Positions 13,918 through 28,200 of a stretch of DNA of 64,000 nucleotides are shown here, piece after piece. The translations under genes were made by a program, and so were the position numbers. Below the pieces are notes generated by a model that searched no databases, was not told where the DNA came from, and saw only the letters and a list, made by a program, of their open reading frames with translations. Position 1 is the first letter of the stretch. Each line of letters begins with the position of its first letter. The DNA is taken from contig JAQGDQ010000136.1 in NCBI GenBank assembly GCA_030141605.1, positions 62,001 to 126,000 of the forward strand. Reading direction: 5' to 3'. Source of the DNA: Tubiluchus corallicola (lineage: Eukaryota > Animalia > Priapulida).

Positions 13918-14415
13918 GGGAGGGGAGAAAAGGGAAAGAAAGAGAAAAGAAAAGAGAGGAGAGGAGAGGAGAGGAGAGAAGAGGAAAGGAGAGGAGAGGA
14001 GAAAAGAAGACAGCAGAGCGCAGCAGAGAAGAGACGAGAAGAGAAGAGAAGAGAAGAGAAGAGAAGAGAAGAGAAGAGAAGAGAAGAGAAGAGAAGAGAA
14101 GAGAAGAGAAGAGAAGAGAAGAGAAGAGAAGAGAAGAGAAGAGAAGAGAAGAGAAGAGAAGAGAAGAGAAGAGAAGAGAAGAAAAGAGAACAGAACCGAA
14201 CAGAAGAAAGGAAATGGAAGAGAAGAGAAGAGAAGAGAAGAGAAGAGAAGAGAAGAGAAGAGAAGAGAAGAGAAGAGAAGAGAAGAGAAGAGAAGAGAAG
14301 AGAAGAGAAGAGAAGAGAAGAGAAGAGAAGAGAAGAGAAGAGAAGGAAAGGAAAAGAAAACAAAAGAAAAACAGAAACAGAAAGAAAAGCAAAAAAGAAA
14401 GAGAAGAAGAAAAGA
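13918..14415. repeat. (GAAGA)n pentanucleotide microsatellite / polypurine tract
   Basis: Two long perfect runs (~14037-14181 and ~14217-14345) with degenerate flanks. Confidence 0.98.
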
Positions 14416-15999
14416 TAAGTAAAGTAAACAGCAAAAGTGCGCCATCAGTTAAACACATTACAGAGCACCCTCCCTCACTTATTGTTTACATCATCTATTA
14501 AGTGCTCTATATTTTTATTTATCCGATTCTTTTAAAACCTTAAAGCCAGCTGTAATAAAGAATTATTAAATCTTGCATAAGTCAAAGTTCATATGTATTT
14601 TAGTTACTCAAAACTTTATTATTTCAACAAATCGTCATAATTTACGACTAAAAATTTAGGAATAAACCCTTGTTTATTATAAATAATGTTTATTAACTTT
14701 CACCTGTAGTTAACTGGTTATTGTAGAAAACAATTTGTTATTGTAGAAAACTGTTTTTAAGTGTACATTGCTATTGGATTGTACGCACTCCCAGCATGCA
14801 CTTGTGCTGTCAGCCATTATTAACACAAAATCAATAAAGCGCCTATATATCTACTAACTCACGCAGTTGAACTTTTCTTCTTTTAATTTACAATTTGTGT
14901 TTTCAATAAATATAGTTTTTTTATGTTTTGCTGCATATGGCGCGCTGCTCTTTGTTTTTTCTTCGCTTTCTGTCACTTAACTCATAAAAGTTTTTTCTGT
15001 TTTACTTTATAAGCCTACTTTTTTCTATTTGTCGTTTCTTCTTTATCTTTTCTTATTCTCAAATTTATCCTATTATTTTCAAGTTTAAATTATACACACA
15101 TATATGTTTTCTGTTTCATATACCATTTCTTTTAGCTTCAAGTATTTTGCCTGTAACCATGATGAGGCTTATCTCTTAATTTCATATCTTTAAAAACCCA
15201 CGAATATTTCTATATATGCCTAGATCACTATTTCATATTCAGCCACAACAAGAATTCACTAAATACGTTTTTTGGAAAACTCGTCCGACAAAAAAGAGGA
15301 GAAAACATCGCTTCTTTTTTCAGGACAGATGTAGATGTTTTACTACAAAAATAAGTTACTATGCACATCAATAGCGGCAACGGAAACGAGACTAATATAG
15401 CTTTGTGACTGCAAATTCATTATCAGTTTCTCTCTAAATCACAGGGGAAAATGAAGTACTTTGGCATTTCTGAATAGTTGTACAAAAACGCCGTATTCTA
15501 CGTACCCGTCTACTCTAATTTACGTAGAGATGCATCATGAAAATTAATGCACCAAGTATACGCAATGATGAAGCTTTAACGAATGTCTCATTTAATTGCC
15601 CAAAGTGCTTCAAGCAACTGATAAAACTGTAAGTTTCTGCCAACGTCGAGCGCTAATATTTATTATTTTCGCAAATTTGCATAAGTGATAAACTGTAAAT
15701 TTCGGGACTATTTTTGATCACGTAACCTCGTAAAATTTTTAGCGTTACTTTCCGCATTTATTTACGTTGATCTTGTAGCGTTGGGCTACAACTAAGCCAC
15801 GCCAGCTTTTTTATTCAATCCAGTTTTGGTATGTACCATTAAGACTATGTACGATAACAGGTAAGCCTTATATACTAGTGTGTCTGTTTTAGGTTATATA
15901 TGCTATAACGAAGACCAAACATCTAGACTTTTATGAGTTAAAGACAAAACTTGATACATGCACTAAATAACAAACGAATTAAATTCAGACAAGCCAATT

Positions 16000-16320
16000 T
16001 CACTATAACTGACTTTTGTTTTTTTTCTTATTTTTCTCCAAACGTGTTCAGCTGCTCTACATCTGTGTATGTACCTTTCATTACTACAATTAAAAATTCT
16101 TTGATATAACAACAGATTCAATGTTGAACCTTGAGGGATACCACTGCGCACAGTCAAGACTTTGCTCAGCCACCGCAAGTTTGTATTTAAGCTTATTATT
16201 ATATGTTTATTACGGTTGACCAGTTACAAAGTATAAAATTATAAAATATAACTATATTAAGTGTTTTTAAGCCTGTAAGTACGTAACATATCAATCTGTT
16301 TTAATGTACCATACAACTAG
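16000..16320 (-). mobile_element. Decayed LINE reverse-transcriptase fragment
   Basis: VLTVRSGIPQGSTLNLLLY resembles the non-LTR RT motif GVPQGSxLGPLLF; the surrounding frame is broken. Confidence 0.6.
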
Positions 16321-19300
16321 ATAACACAATGATGATACCGATTTACTCTATCGTTATTCCATTTTCACTTCTGATAGTAGAGGAAAGTTAAATTTAGTCG
16401 GCACTTAGGGATAGAGATTATGTAAACTAGACGCCAGATTGCCAATCGTCTTCAGCCATTACCAGTATAAGAATTACCAAGACGGTAAGGAGAATATTGA
16501 ATAAAGGCGAAGAAATTGCGTTACGATATTTCATCACACTCCAATCATGCGAAAGTTTTCGCGCCAACATCAAGTAACTCTGTTAGGGTTCCCACACCAT
16601 TGTCTGACTAGGCATGTTCATAATCTGAAACCTAAATTTAAATGTATATGTATCCCAAAAGAGACATTTAAAATTACTGTAATCTGTACAGTAATCACCG
16701 TTGTGGTAATCAACTCGAACTTGCTGAATCAGACAAGACAATAAGGCAACACTAAATGGTATTCCACAAGGTTCAGCGTTAAGTCAAAGGCACTTATTTT
16801 TTCGCTGCTTAAATAATTTTTCAGCAACATTGACTACTTATTTAAATTACTACGGCGCTTGAAGAAACGTTTGCATGTTGGCGATCAACGGTTTGGATTA
16901 TCAATAATTAGAAGGTTCACCAATAGAGGAGATTCCTGGCCATTTCCTCGGTGCCCTCCCTAGGCCTTACGACCTTGGTACCCAAATACGTGGCACTTCC
17001 ATCTACGGCATTTGCTACTAGAAACGTCTAAATGCATTATCATTAGAAGTTGGTAAAAACATTGTTTACTTTCATTGTAATCATTAATCATAATCATTTT
17101 CATTATAAGCGTTTTTACGTAACATTAGTAGAAAAAATGCAGTTGATAAACTTGTAATAAACAGTAATGAAAGCTACGCCAGCGTCATTACTTAAGAAAG
17201 GAATTATTTGGTAAGTTTAGTTGATTTTAGTATCACGGGGGCAACAAGAGAATACAACAATCTTGTCTGCAGAAGAAAACGCTAAACAAATCCCACACTC
17301 AGCGCTCAAGGAGAGAATTAACAAGCTTAAAGCCTTAACAATAATTCCATTTTAAGACTGATACAAAGGTTTTAGTCTCAAAATGACATAGAAACTATTG
17401 TTATTACGCTATCTTCTCGACAAGTTAATTTAGATATAAAGAGTATTTATCTCTTGGCGATTCTTGCAAAAACAAGGACATTGGTGTACGTAAACTAGCA
17501 AATGCCACTTTGGATGTCTGCTGACCAGACTATACACAGTTTTCACAAGAAAAGCAAAAAATGTTTGAAGCCCAACAGTTTCTGGACTAATTTCGCATTA
17601 CTACATCAAAATTGTTCATCAAAGTTCATTACAGATTTAAGCGATAAATTAAGCAGATTTAACAACAAAATTAGAATCACTCATTTTAAGTAACTTCGAT
17701 GGATTTCGAATCACTTATGCCATAATAAACTTTATCAAGTTTCGACGAATATAGAATGCACGTGCCTTGCTGAAATGTTAACAGTGCTGACCAAGAGCGA
17801 GAAAATGACCGTAGCACTGTGGAAACAGAAAATAGCCACGGGAAGAGCATTAAATGTGGATTTCTTCAAGAAAGACGCTTGACCGCGTTTTTACACCGTC
17901 ACTAAGCTTTGTACACTAAGCCAAAGCCGCAAGTCCCGTGTGAATTTGCAGTTTGATCAGACGTCAGTATAGTGTGCCAAAGGTGGATTAGAAATAATCC
18001 ACGTTTAATTCCACCACTAGATGGCTTGTTATTTGTATCTAATTCGCGGAAGTTACTACTGTGTTCATTCGTTTTCAACAGCTGTTGTATGGCCAGGTTA
18101 TCAAATATTGAGTAATCAAGCGATTTATTAGACTAAATCGCTAGTCATCCAACGAGTTCGATTTTCGGATTTAAGTATGTTTTAAAGATTTAAACCCAAA
18201 AATTTTTTTCAGGCTTTATGCACAACGCGGAGACGTTTTAAAATTTTGTAGCTAACTTCTTCTTTTCATAAATAAAATAAAGCTGATTTCTCACTGTAAC
18301 TCGCTACAGTTTATTCCACCTTGGGATATCGACGATATTCTCCTGTATCTCATTACTTGTACCTTATATTTTCGTCTAGGTAACTCTGAGCATTTGACTC
18401 AAATTTTTATATGTTTTTACGCCTATTAGTTGCCCGACCCAGCTGTCGGCTAAATATAATACATAATATACATAATACATTTCATTGTGTGATAAAAGTG
18501 TAAATTCAATACTTAAAAAACGCACATCGTAAAAATATTTATAAAATTAATTGCTACAGTCACCGTTAATAATATTTAATTATTTTACAAATTATGTTGG
18601 TATCTGTCATATCATTTCTTTAAAGCATTTTTACTGGAGGCTACCACTATATATCCAGATAAGCTGTTCCACAAAGTAAACCAGCGTAACAGTCTAAAGG
18701 GCCGTTTAGACGATCAGTTTTTTTTTCGTCAAACTTGTTTGTCAGTTTTAGTTTTACAAACTATTATGTAAACAACGAAACTGACAAACTTTTAGTTTGA
18801 TAAACAAAGTATGATGGTCGTAAAGCTTAAACTTACATCGAAAAATGATGGGACAACTTTCTGAATTGACTTTCTTGAAGTTTGCATTATTGGAAACTAA
18901 CAAGCAGAATTCTTGTTGTTTAAAATTAAATGTGACACCCAAAACTAATGTTATGCTGAGCTGCTTTTTGATTCCATTACATAGCACATAAAATCTTGTT
19001 TCCCCCGAGCATCTCTACCCTATTTGCAAACCTAAAACAACGTAATGGCATCCCAGATGCGTACAATAATTTGCTTAACGTTCTAGCTGTGTTTGTGCAG
19101 CTATAATGTATCATTAATCTTGTTGGTATGTACATGCTTACATGCATTAGTTCATGTTAAAATAAGCATGTTGTATGAAGTTATTAATTTGTACAGTTGC
19201 GCCTACATTTGCAGCATTGGTCCAACAGTAGAAATCTTATTTTTGTATTACATTGTTCCTTTAGTGCAGCATCTAGATGTAGCTTACAGGTAGATAACGC

Positions 19301-19849
19301 ATACCCGTGATCTCCAGTTAAGGCGCTAGCTTTCACAAACAATTGAAAGACAGACGATTTTATGACCTTCTCTCATTTTGACCTATTTTATAAATCATAC
19401 ACTTTGCCGCCTATAATAATAATATTTATTACTTATATATTTCTATATTTGTAATAATTAATTCTCAGAAACGGCTGTGGCGGCCTTAACGACGCCCGTG
19501 AAGATGTGACACCAGCTGTGACGTCACCGCTGGAGTACAATTCTCCAACGGCAGGAATCGTCCATTAATTTTTTGTCACTGGGTTAACGCCGCATTGTTT
19601 CAGAACCTCTGATGTCATAACTGGGTAGTGGGCAAATGCAACAATATCACTATGACGCACGTACGATTCTTGCCCACTAAATTGAAGTTGGACTGCTAAA
19701 ATTAATAATTATCAGCATTTGTCGGTGTAGATGATTGTCAGCAAAATAAAATTCAATTCAATTCAGCTTAATTACCAGGAATTATCTGTTAACTGCGGTA
19801 AAGATAATTACCTATTTTTAAATTTTCATAGAACATTACAGAACCAACG

Positions 19850-20100
19850 ATTTCTGCTAGTTTTAATTGTAGCGTGGCTTCCTCGTAGGAGCATCCTGTT
19901 AATTTCCGGATGGTGATGCATGCACTTCCGGTAAATGGTATTAGCAGCGCCACAGTGTGATTGCAGGTTGTTGTTTTAGTCTGATAACAGACAACATTGA
20001 ATGTCCAAAACCATACACTGAATTTACATGAGCGAATCGTAGAGGGCATTTGATTAGGTCACTACTAGTAACAATAACTACTATTGCATGCACCTTTCCT
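19850..20100 (-). mobile_element. Decayed CR1-like LINE fragment
   Basis: TIRKLTGCSYEEATLQLKL resembles the CR1 C-terminal IPxLxGLSYEERLxxLxL segment. Confidence 0.35.
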
Positions 20101-23100
20101 GCTCCTTACTTTGGAATTGTTTATTGTACGAGACGTATCCAAGCTTATAGCATGGATCGTACAAGCTTGTTTTTCTTTGCACGGGCCGTTCTCTTTTACA
20201 GCGCTTTTGCAAATTAAGGAAGCCTCCAGCCACTTACATTCATTGGTAAAAAATGCACGCATGTACTTGATTTTATGTGTGCTCGCTTTGCTGATACAAG
20301 CATACTTGTATAAATCCTGTAGCAGAAAAGTAATTCCGTCTTCTCTTCTTGAAAAACAGACTTACTCTTTTAACTCAGCAACCTAGACAATTTAAACCAA
20401 TCATTAGTCTAACGATCAACCAAGCGCACTACAGTTTTACAATTCATTACAATACATTACAAATACAATGCAGTACATTACAAGGCAAAAAACTACACAG
20501 ACACAACCCCGCATGAGGTATAATCATTTTTATAGACTGAAGGAGTTTGCGGTGTCCACGATTTCACGAATGATTTTTTCATAAAATCGTTCTTACGAAG
20601 GACCGCAGAATTAAGTGGATTCTTCGAGCTTTTTTAAAGATTTTGAAAAATAACAAACGTCTGCAAAATGTTTCTCAAAATTTCACAATAGAAAGCACGA
20701 TAAATAAAATGTTCTTGCGTAAGATCGTTCTACGAATATTCTTTTCAACTCAATGGTAAATCGGGTCCCTAGTTAGGGTAGTTACTAGTGTTTCATTCTA
20801 GTAGTCTAGCGAAAACCATGTGCATGTTTGTATGATTTCGAAACTTTAGTGTGTTAAAAGATTTTGAAATCCTCACATAAATTGTCATTAAAGGAAGAAC
20901 AAACATTAATTATATTATTGTTTAGTGGCCGTAGAACAAAACAGCGATACAAAAACTGTATATTCTAGAGACGAAAACATAACGTAATACTTCACCAAAT
21001 GATATCAAGACTGCAATAGAATTCAAATATTTTATGGACCAATCTAGCATTAATTTTCATAGCTTTATCATCTTGTGGCGAATTTAAAAACATAAATTCA
21101 AACAGATTCATTATTTATCTTTTTTAAAGCTACCAGAATTCTGTCTGGAGCACTTTGTGTGCCCAAAGTTGGAACTAAGTGGGACGAAAAGATGTGCGTC
21201 AACTGTTGTGTACCATGGGCAAATGTGAGCTCATTTAATTTACCTGAATAGCGCAATTAACACAATTAATCTTATTGATTGAGAATGTAATTGCTAACTT
21301 TTCACGTGCTTTTAAGCAGTCGCCTATGTTATTATGCTTACATGAGAGCCGCTCTTGGTCAATACGGACTCTATGAATTAAGAGCTGAATTCGCTTCCAT
21401 CGACCCACAACCATTCCGCCTTTTAAGATGCTTCACTGGATTCTGAACGTAGTTTAATAAGCGCATGCGTAAGTGTATAGTATTCGCTACTCTACACATA
21501 GGGCATAAAACAAACGTGTACTAGATTGCTGGCTAACTTTCAATAAATACATAATAAATAAGTTCAGCTCTCTAAATCACTGATGCTCCTAGCTTGCTTT
21601 ACTCGTCCGTCAAACTGCAACTAAACGCGCTGGAGTTGACCTTGGTGTCAGCTTTAAAGCAGTTAAGTGATCGCCGATCAAAAAATTCTTTGAGAAGTTT
21701 AGTAACTGACCAAGAGAAGTTTAAAACTGCCTGGCACCGTATAAAGCAAAACAAAAACAAAGAAAGAACAAAATAAAGTTTCATGTCATTTGAACTAATT
21801 GCTATATAGTTTAATTTTCTTCGACATACAGTAATATTCTTTAAACATTTTTGTGTACGTACATAACATATCGCAAGAAGGACGCAGCAAGTTGAATTTT
21901 AAAGCGATATAACTATGCTGTGAAAACGACACGTCATTGTAAGGAATGATATAACTATACTCATATCAAAAAACGAACCTAAGGTTACGAACGAATAATA
22001 ATAGCTACGTTATAAAAAAACATTGTATGTCGATGGAAGACATAAAATATTAAGAAGTTAAAATTACTGAAATTAACCAGATTGCAATCTACGGGAATAA
22101 AATAAAACTAGTAATATACTAATTCTAAAAATCTATCGCGGCATATGCAAAGTGAATTGTGTTACTTTTGCCTTGCTAGCCTAAGGAACGTATCGTCTTG
22201 TCAAATCTTAAAACTACAATAACGTTGACGTTTAGTTAAATACGTCACATTGAATGAAGTCGCCAGGTCAACCTGTTGGTGCAGTCAATCGTTGCAGTTT
22301 TTCCACTCTAAAAAATGTAGCAAAGCCACTCTTACTGTGTGGCAGTGTGGTATAAATGGTTCACACTATGATTTGAGATTGCTTAATGCTGTTTGTGCAA
22401 TTTCTCTACTTTTCTTAAACACCAAACAAAACGTTTTGGAAATGTTTAATATATAATTTTTGCAGGTTGCTAAGACGAACCAAAATAAACATAATTTCTC
22501 CTAAGTTGCATTAATATCATAATTACTTTGAAGGTGAAATGAAATCTGAGAATGACTTTATGATACAAGTGCAAACTTTGGGTAGTTACCACGTTATCAG
22601 CTCTAATTTGCCAATTAGATTAAGTTTATATATGTAATCCGATCAGATTTTTTGCAATCATTTAGTCAGCAATTACCTTTATTTTACTGAGCTTTTTAAA
22701 TCGCACGTTTTAATTTACGCGCTGCTTTGAACACTTGAAGGATCATAAAATTCGTCAGCGCAGTAAAATGGAAAACAGTTGGCCTTTCAATGGCCGCTTT
22801 AATGCTCGAGGAAAACAGAGAATAAGAAAAATGAAGTTTGAGGACAGATTGTATGTATTTTCAACTCTGATTTTTAAAACCGCTTTCATGTTCATGCAGG
22901 GAATGACCCCCGAATAACCCTACCTAACAAGACCTCATTAAAGAAGTACCTGCGTCTCCACGAGTTAATTAACAAGGTGTTAAATAGTGCTTCAATTAAG
23001 AATGACCTTGACGTTGCCTTGTATTACCAAGCTCTCTTCAACACACGCATGTAGAGTTGCTTTTCCACTTTAAACAAGACAATAACTTGACATCTTGACA

Positions 23101-25083
23101 TGTGTGACGTTTTTTCTTGCTTTTTGCCTTTTTGCTTAAAGAAATAAACAAACGAAAAAAATAAGTTTTCGAAAATTTTGACGCGTTGCAATTAATTCTG
23201 TCAGTAATGTACTCTTTAAAGCTCCATTCACTCTTATGGACTAGAAAATTAATTTAAAATATCCGTTATAATGAATTTTTGTGCTCAGTTAAACAGATTT
23301 TTTCTCGATCAGCGCTCACAAGTATTAAACAACTTAATTCTAACATTCAAGCTTCCTCTAATTTGTAAATATGACACAGGCAAAAGTGACACAGGAAAAA
23401 ATAAAAAAATTGCAGACTTGTAAATTACGAGTTTAGGTTTAGGTTTGCTATGAAAGATAATTATATAAATACTAATACGGGTATATTTTTGTATGTTTGC
23501 TTGTTTTACGCTTTTTCCAGTCAAACGAATCAGACGAATAAATTTAGGACTGTTCGGGTTTGGCAGAGTTCTGCTTCCTACCAAGCGCATTCTAGTTTTA
23601 TTACAGCAATTATTTGTATCATAATAATTTTTGCGCCACTTTTTGCTACTTTCCCGTTTGTGCCATTTTTGACCTGCGCCATTTTTACCTACATACGTGT
23701 ATATATTTTGTATGGATGCGTTTTTGTAGTTGTATATTTTAGTACGTATTTTTGCAGTCTACAGTTTCTAGATAATAATTATTACAAGAATTGATCTATC
23801 AATCCACAATAGTTGTCTGGCTCACGAACTATATATTATAATATCAATATGTATTCTAAATTCATTGTTTATCTAGTCTGCAGATAGAGGCATTAATGTG
23901 TGCAACTTCGATGTTTCTGCAATGGGTTACAGAGAAAATACGTTATCCGTTTAACCCTCAATTCCTATCAATAACCCTGCCGGGAAGAAAATAGTACATC
24001 TCAGTTTTTTACAGATATGCTTAGTTTTAATTTAAAAGTTCTGTGAAGCTGTACAATTTATGTCTGCACCTAGTCGAATATAATCTGATGCTACATTGTC
24101 ACTGTTTTTCAGCTTGGCAGTAATCAAATTTTAGAAAAGCTGCATTAAGCCACCCAGTGTTGAGTTCAATTAGTGTTGGCAATCTATTCGTATTTTCTAA
24201 CAGCCCATCAACGCAATGATGACAAGTTATTGCACCACGGATTAGTGCAGAGTGAATTAACAAAGCGCTAAACAAATTGAGCTCGGGATTAGCTTGAAGG
24301 GCTACTAAGTCACGAACCTTGGTTGAATCACAGAAAACTTGCAGACAAATCACGTTTACGCCGCTTAAGCATAAAACTAGAAAACAGAATCGAAAATAAA
24401 ACAGAGAACGACTCGTCATGAAAAGCTGTCAGGGAAGCTGTATGGGATTTTGCGTTCGCAAAGTTGACGAAGGCCAAAAAACAGCATTAACAATTTGCAG
24501 CTCAATAATTCAAAGATATTATCGAAATATCCAAAAAAAATAAAAAAGTTATGTATTTAGTCAACTACACATATAATTTAGTAAAACATATTAACTAACA
24601 ATTATCAACCAAAATAGTTTGGAAAAGATCAAATAAGCCACTAATTTAGAGTTATGAGAGATAGTAAAGCCATATAATGCAATAATACATAAAACACACC
24701 AATACACATTACGGATAAAAGAAAAAAATCTATGCGAGTCATCACTAACTAATGGTTATCTTACTCTAACTGGTAACTTCGCAACAAAATTTTATTACAG
24801 GCCTTTGCACTTTCATAAACCACCAATTCTAAACCGACAACTAAGCAGCAAAAAAGCCTAAAAATTAATGAAATAACCGATAATGACTCGAAGCCAACTG
24901 ACACGATAATTAATAACAAAGAGAAGTAATCGCTCGTCTGTGCGTGGTGCAATCCATTAAAAACAAGGTCTTATTTGCTGCTTGTGCACTAAAATGATGA
25001 GATGTTTGAACTTGTGACGTGTAGCTCCCTCTAGCGATAAAAAGTCAAGTGGTCGCTACACGCGGCGACAATAATAATAGTGG

Positions 25084-25136
25084 TGATGATGATGATGATA
25101 ATGATGATGATGATGGCGACAACAACGACAATAAAA

Positions 25137-25188
<52 letters not shown>

Positions 25189-25221
25189 GATGATGATGAT
25201 GATGATGATAATAATAATAAT
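25084..25221. repeat. (GAT)n / (AAT)n compound microsatellite
   Basis: Direct reading; accounts for the poly-His ORF 25056-25253. Confidence 0.95.
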
Positions 25222-28200
25222 GGAATAAAGCCTACAGCTACTTTAAAAAACAAATTTGACCTAAAGGAAAGACGTGTGGAAAAATCCGTCCGTGTCGGAT
25301 AAAACTAATTTTACAGACAGAAAGATTAACTAATTAAAACATTATTTAAAAAATACTATACTGAAAATATATTAAATATTATTTCCGAAAGGGCAAAGAT
25401 CCTTGAGCGTATACAAAAACATCAAAGTAATAAAAGAAATGTTAGTAGCAGAAGTTTAATACTCAATCCATAAAACTATAGACACATTTCCGCATTATAA
25501 CTTTGAGTTAATAATCCAGCTCTTTATTAACACATCAGTAAAAACTATTCCGCGCATAACGTGAATGCCACTTCCCAAGAAATTTCAAATGCTATTCGCT
25601 AAAAAACTCGAGAATCCGCTTAATTAGACTAGGAATCTTTAATAACACGCCAGTAATCGCGTGTTAATAATTTGTTCAAAAGGAGCGCTGCTTTTTAATT
25701 TTTGATCCAAATTAGTTTGCGAAGACGGAAAAACCTGTCACAAAGAACTTGAGAAAATTACATGGTCTAAATAGTCGCAGTATAAAAACTGAAATTAATT
25801 CCTGCAAGCTGCTGATCCATATTCCACACATTCTACCTTGTAGCCACAATATTTTTGATGTATTTCGCTTTGTGTACGGTTAGTTTACAGATATCTATAG
25901 ATCGACAAGTTTCTGCTGTGAGTCTTTTGATAAGTTTTATAAGAATTTCAAGCAAAATTCTGCACGTTCTACAAAGCTATCTCCGATATTGCATTGCAAA
26001 TAAATGTATAATGAAGAAATTCGCACTCTATCTATATACATCATATAAAAGGAACACAATTCCACAGCTGGGTAGTCAAAATTGCACAAACATAACTCAG
26101 AGAATATTTTAACTATTGATGAGCTTACTGGTAAACGTACAGTAAATAATGAACCCTTTCAGCAAAAATTTATCTATTTGTGAATAATTTATTAGTGGTA
26201 AGTTTTTATTCTAGTGGTAAATAATATTTATAATTTGTAATAAAACTTGAACGCCAAAGACCGAAGCTTATGGTGATAAACTAATCTTATGTGACGGGAA
26301 ATTAAGATTAAAGAACAAAAATGTATCTAAAGTAATGTGACTGAAATGAACCGTTAGCACACATTCACCTAATTCTTTGCATATTTTATTAATGAATAAT
26401 TAATTTTAATATTAATTTTACTTATTAGATTATATCATGCACATGACTTTCATAGTTATGTTGATTGGTTACTAAAATGGTAGGACAAACCTGCCGACAA
26501 AAACTTGCCTACTCAAAACAAGGCCGCAAATTTAAATTCGCAAGCAAGACGATACTCGATACATAACGTAAATGTAAAACAGATCCGCGTGAATGACAAT
26601 GTTTATCACTTGAATACGCCTGGTTCAGTGCGGTTTAGTCATTTGCGACCCTACAAGTTTCGTAACTCTATGTACAATTGTTTTGGAGTTACCAGTGGCA
26701 CTCAAGTTATCAATTGCCTGAGCGCCTACCCCTGGTTGCTGCGTGTTTCACGACCTAGTCCTTCTGTGTTTGCGACTTAACGTGAATTTAGCAAAGACCA
26801 AGTTTTCTGGGAAGTTAGGCTTATTTCAATGTTCGCGAAAAATTTTGGAAGGATTTAGTAATAAAAGTGTGATAAGCGTCTTGTGTAATTAGTAAAATCA
26901 CTTCAAAGTGTGTGCGTGTGTGGGGGGTTATTTCACGCTTGGGCACTCCCATTCTGAATCTACATTTTTCCACCAATGACGTCGTTCGTCAAGCAGCGTA
27001 CACTGTCAATTTCCATCAAAAGAGTACTCAATTCTTACAAATAATAGACAGGTAATTTCGTAAGATGTAACATAAACATAACGTAAACACAAAGATTTGG
27101 TAACCTGCAGCATGCTTACGGAAAGCCACGATGCGCTTACGAAAAATCGCGAAGTCCGCCAGTTACGTCAATTTTCAAGTCAATGGCGGTTACCACCACG
27201 CCTGAAAATTTCTATATAGCGGTTGTATAAATTAACTTGATTGTTGTACACACTTCTAGTTGTAAGTTAAACCCAAAATGCTAATAATTTGTCCCTTTCT
27301 TTAAAATGGAAGCATAAGAAAACTCGATGCTTAACTAACATAAACTACAATCAAAATATTAAAAAATTGGCCTATATTTCTTTTAAATCGGCGCTGCTCG
27401 TGGATAAAAAAACGTGACCGTTTTAGTAAACGCATGGTCATACACTTGACTGCAACTTAAACAACATCACGCCTGGTGTTGTTGCTACTGTTATATACCA
27501 GGCAGTATGGGTGGACAACCGTCAGGAGGCTTGCTTCTAAGAAATACAATACATGCACAGCAGCACATTTACAAGCACGAAATGTAGATGATCTAATTAC
27601 GAGGTTTACGTGTCTAAAAAAAATTACAAATGTTGTTCTCTGTTCCGACTTTCATGACACCACTCTCGGCCGCATCTCGGCTCTTTAAAAACAATTGACG
27701 CTTGATCACGAAAATCGCACGATTTTATCAGTTAGTTAGACAGTCAAAGTAGATAGTGTATCAACATCTTCAGCGCTTACATTTTGAACCAACTCTTAAG
27801 AAAGTAAGTTTTATTAATGATTTATATTTCTAAAGCAAATTTTTGGTCTATACAAACAGTGTAGAGCTCGAAGTTGGTCGCTTAAAAATACGAAGGTTAT
27901 AACGACTTCATAACTACATTTGAAAACGTCCTCATAAATTTGTAGACAATCTTGTGCAGTAAACATGTAGGATGTATCTTCATAATTATTACGTATTTGA
28001 TTAATTAATCATTTGAAAACAAATAAATCATTCACCAAAATTTACTTTTATCTGACTGTCATTATTATTAGCATTTTTAAAGACGGCATATAAATATTTA
28101 ATTAGCCAAAGTCTTGCTAATACACACTCAAGAACAATTACAGTAATACAAATAATATTCTAATAAGGTTAATTATCATGCGCTTCATTTAAGTATACCC

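Noticed and set aside
13872-14501. Five long overlapping ORFs (FSSLL / EKRRE repeats)
   Set aside because: Artefacts of the stop-free (GAAGA)n microsatellite.
24099-24419. 106-aa ORF with a signal-peptide-like start
   Set aside because: No recognisable domain or partner exons; hydrophobic starts are common by chance in T-rich DNA.
25056-25253. Poly-His ORF (also poly-Ile 13400-13585 and poly-ER 4949-5152)
   Set aside because: Microsatellite translations.
21100-25700. Clusters of TAAT/TAATCC homeodomain-like sites
   Set aside because: Not evidently above expectation for such AT-rich sequence.
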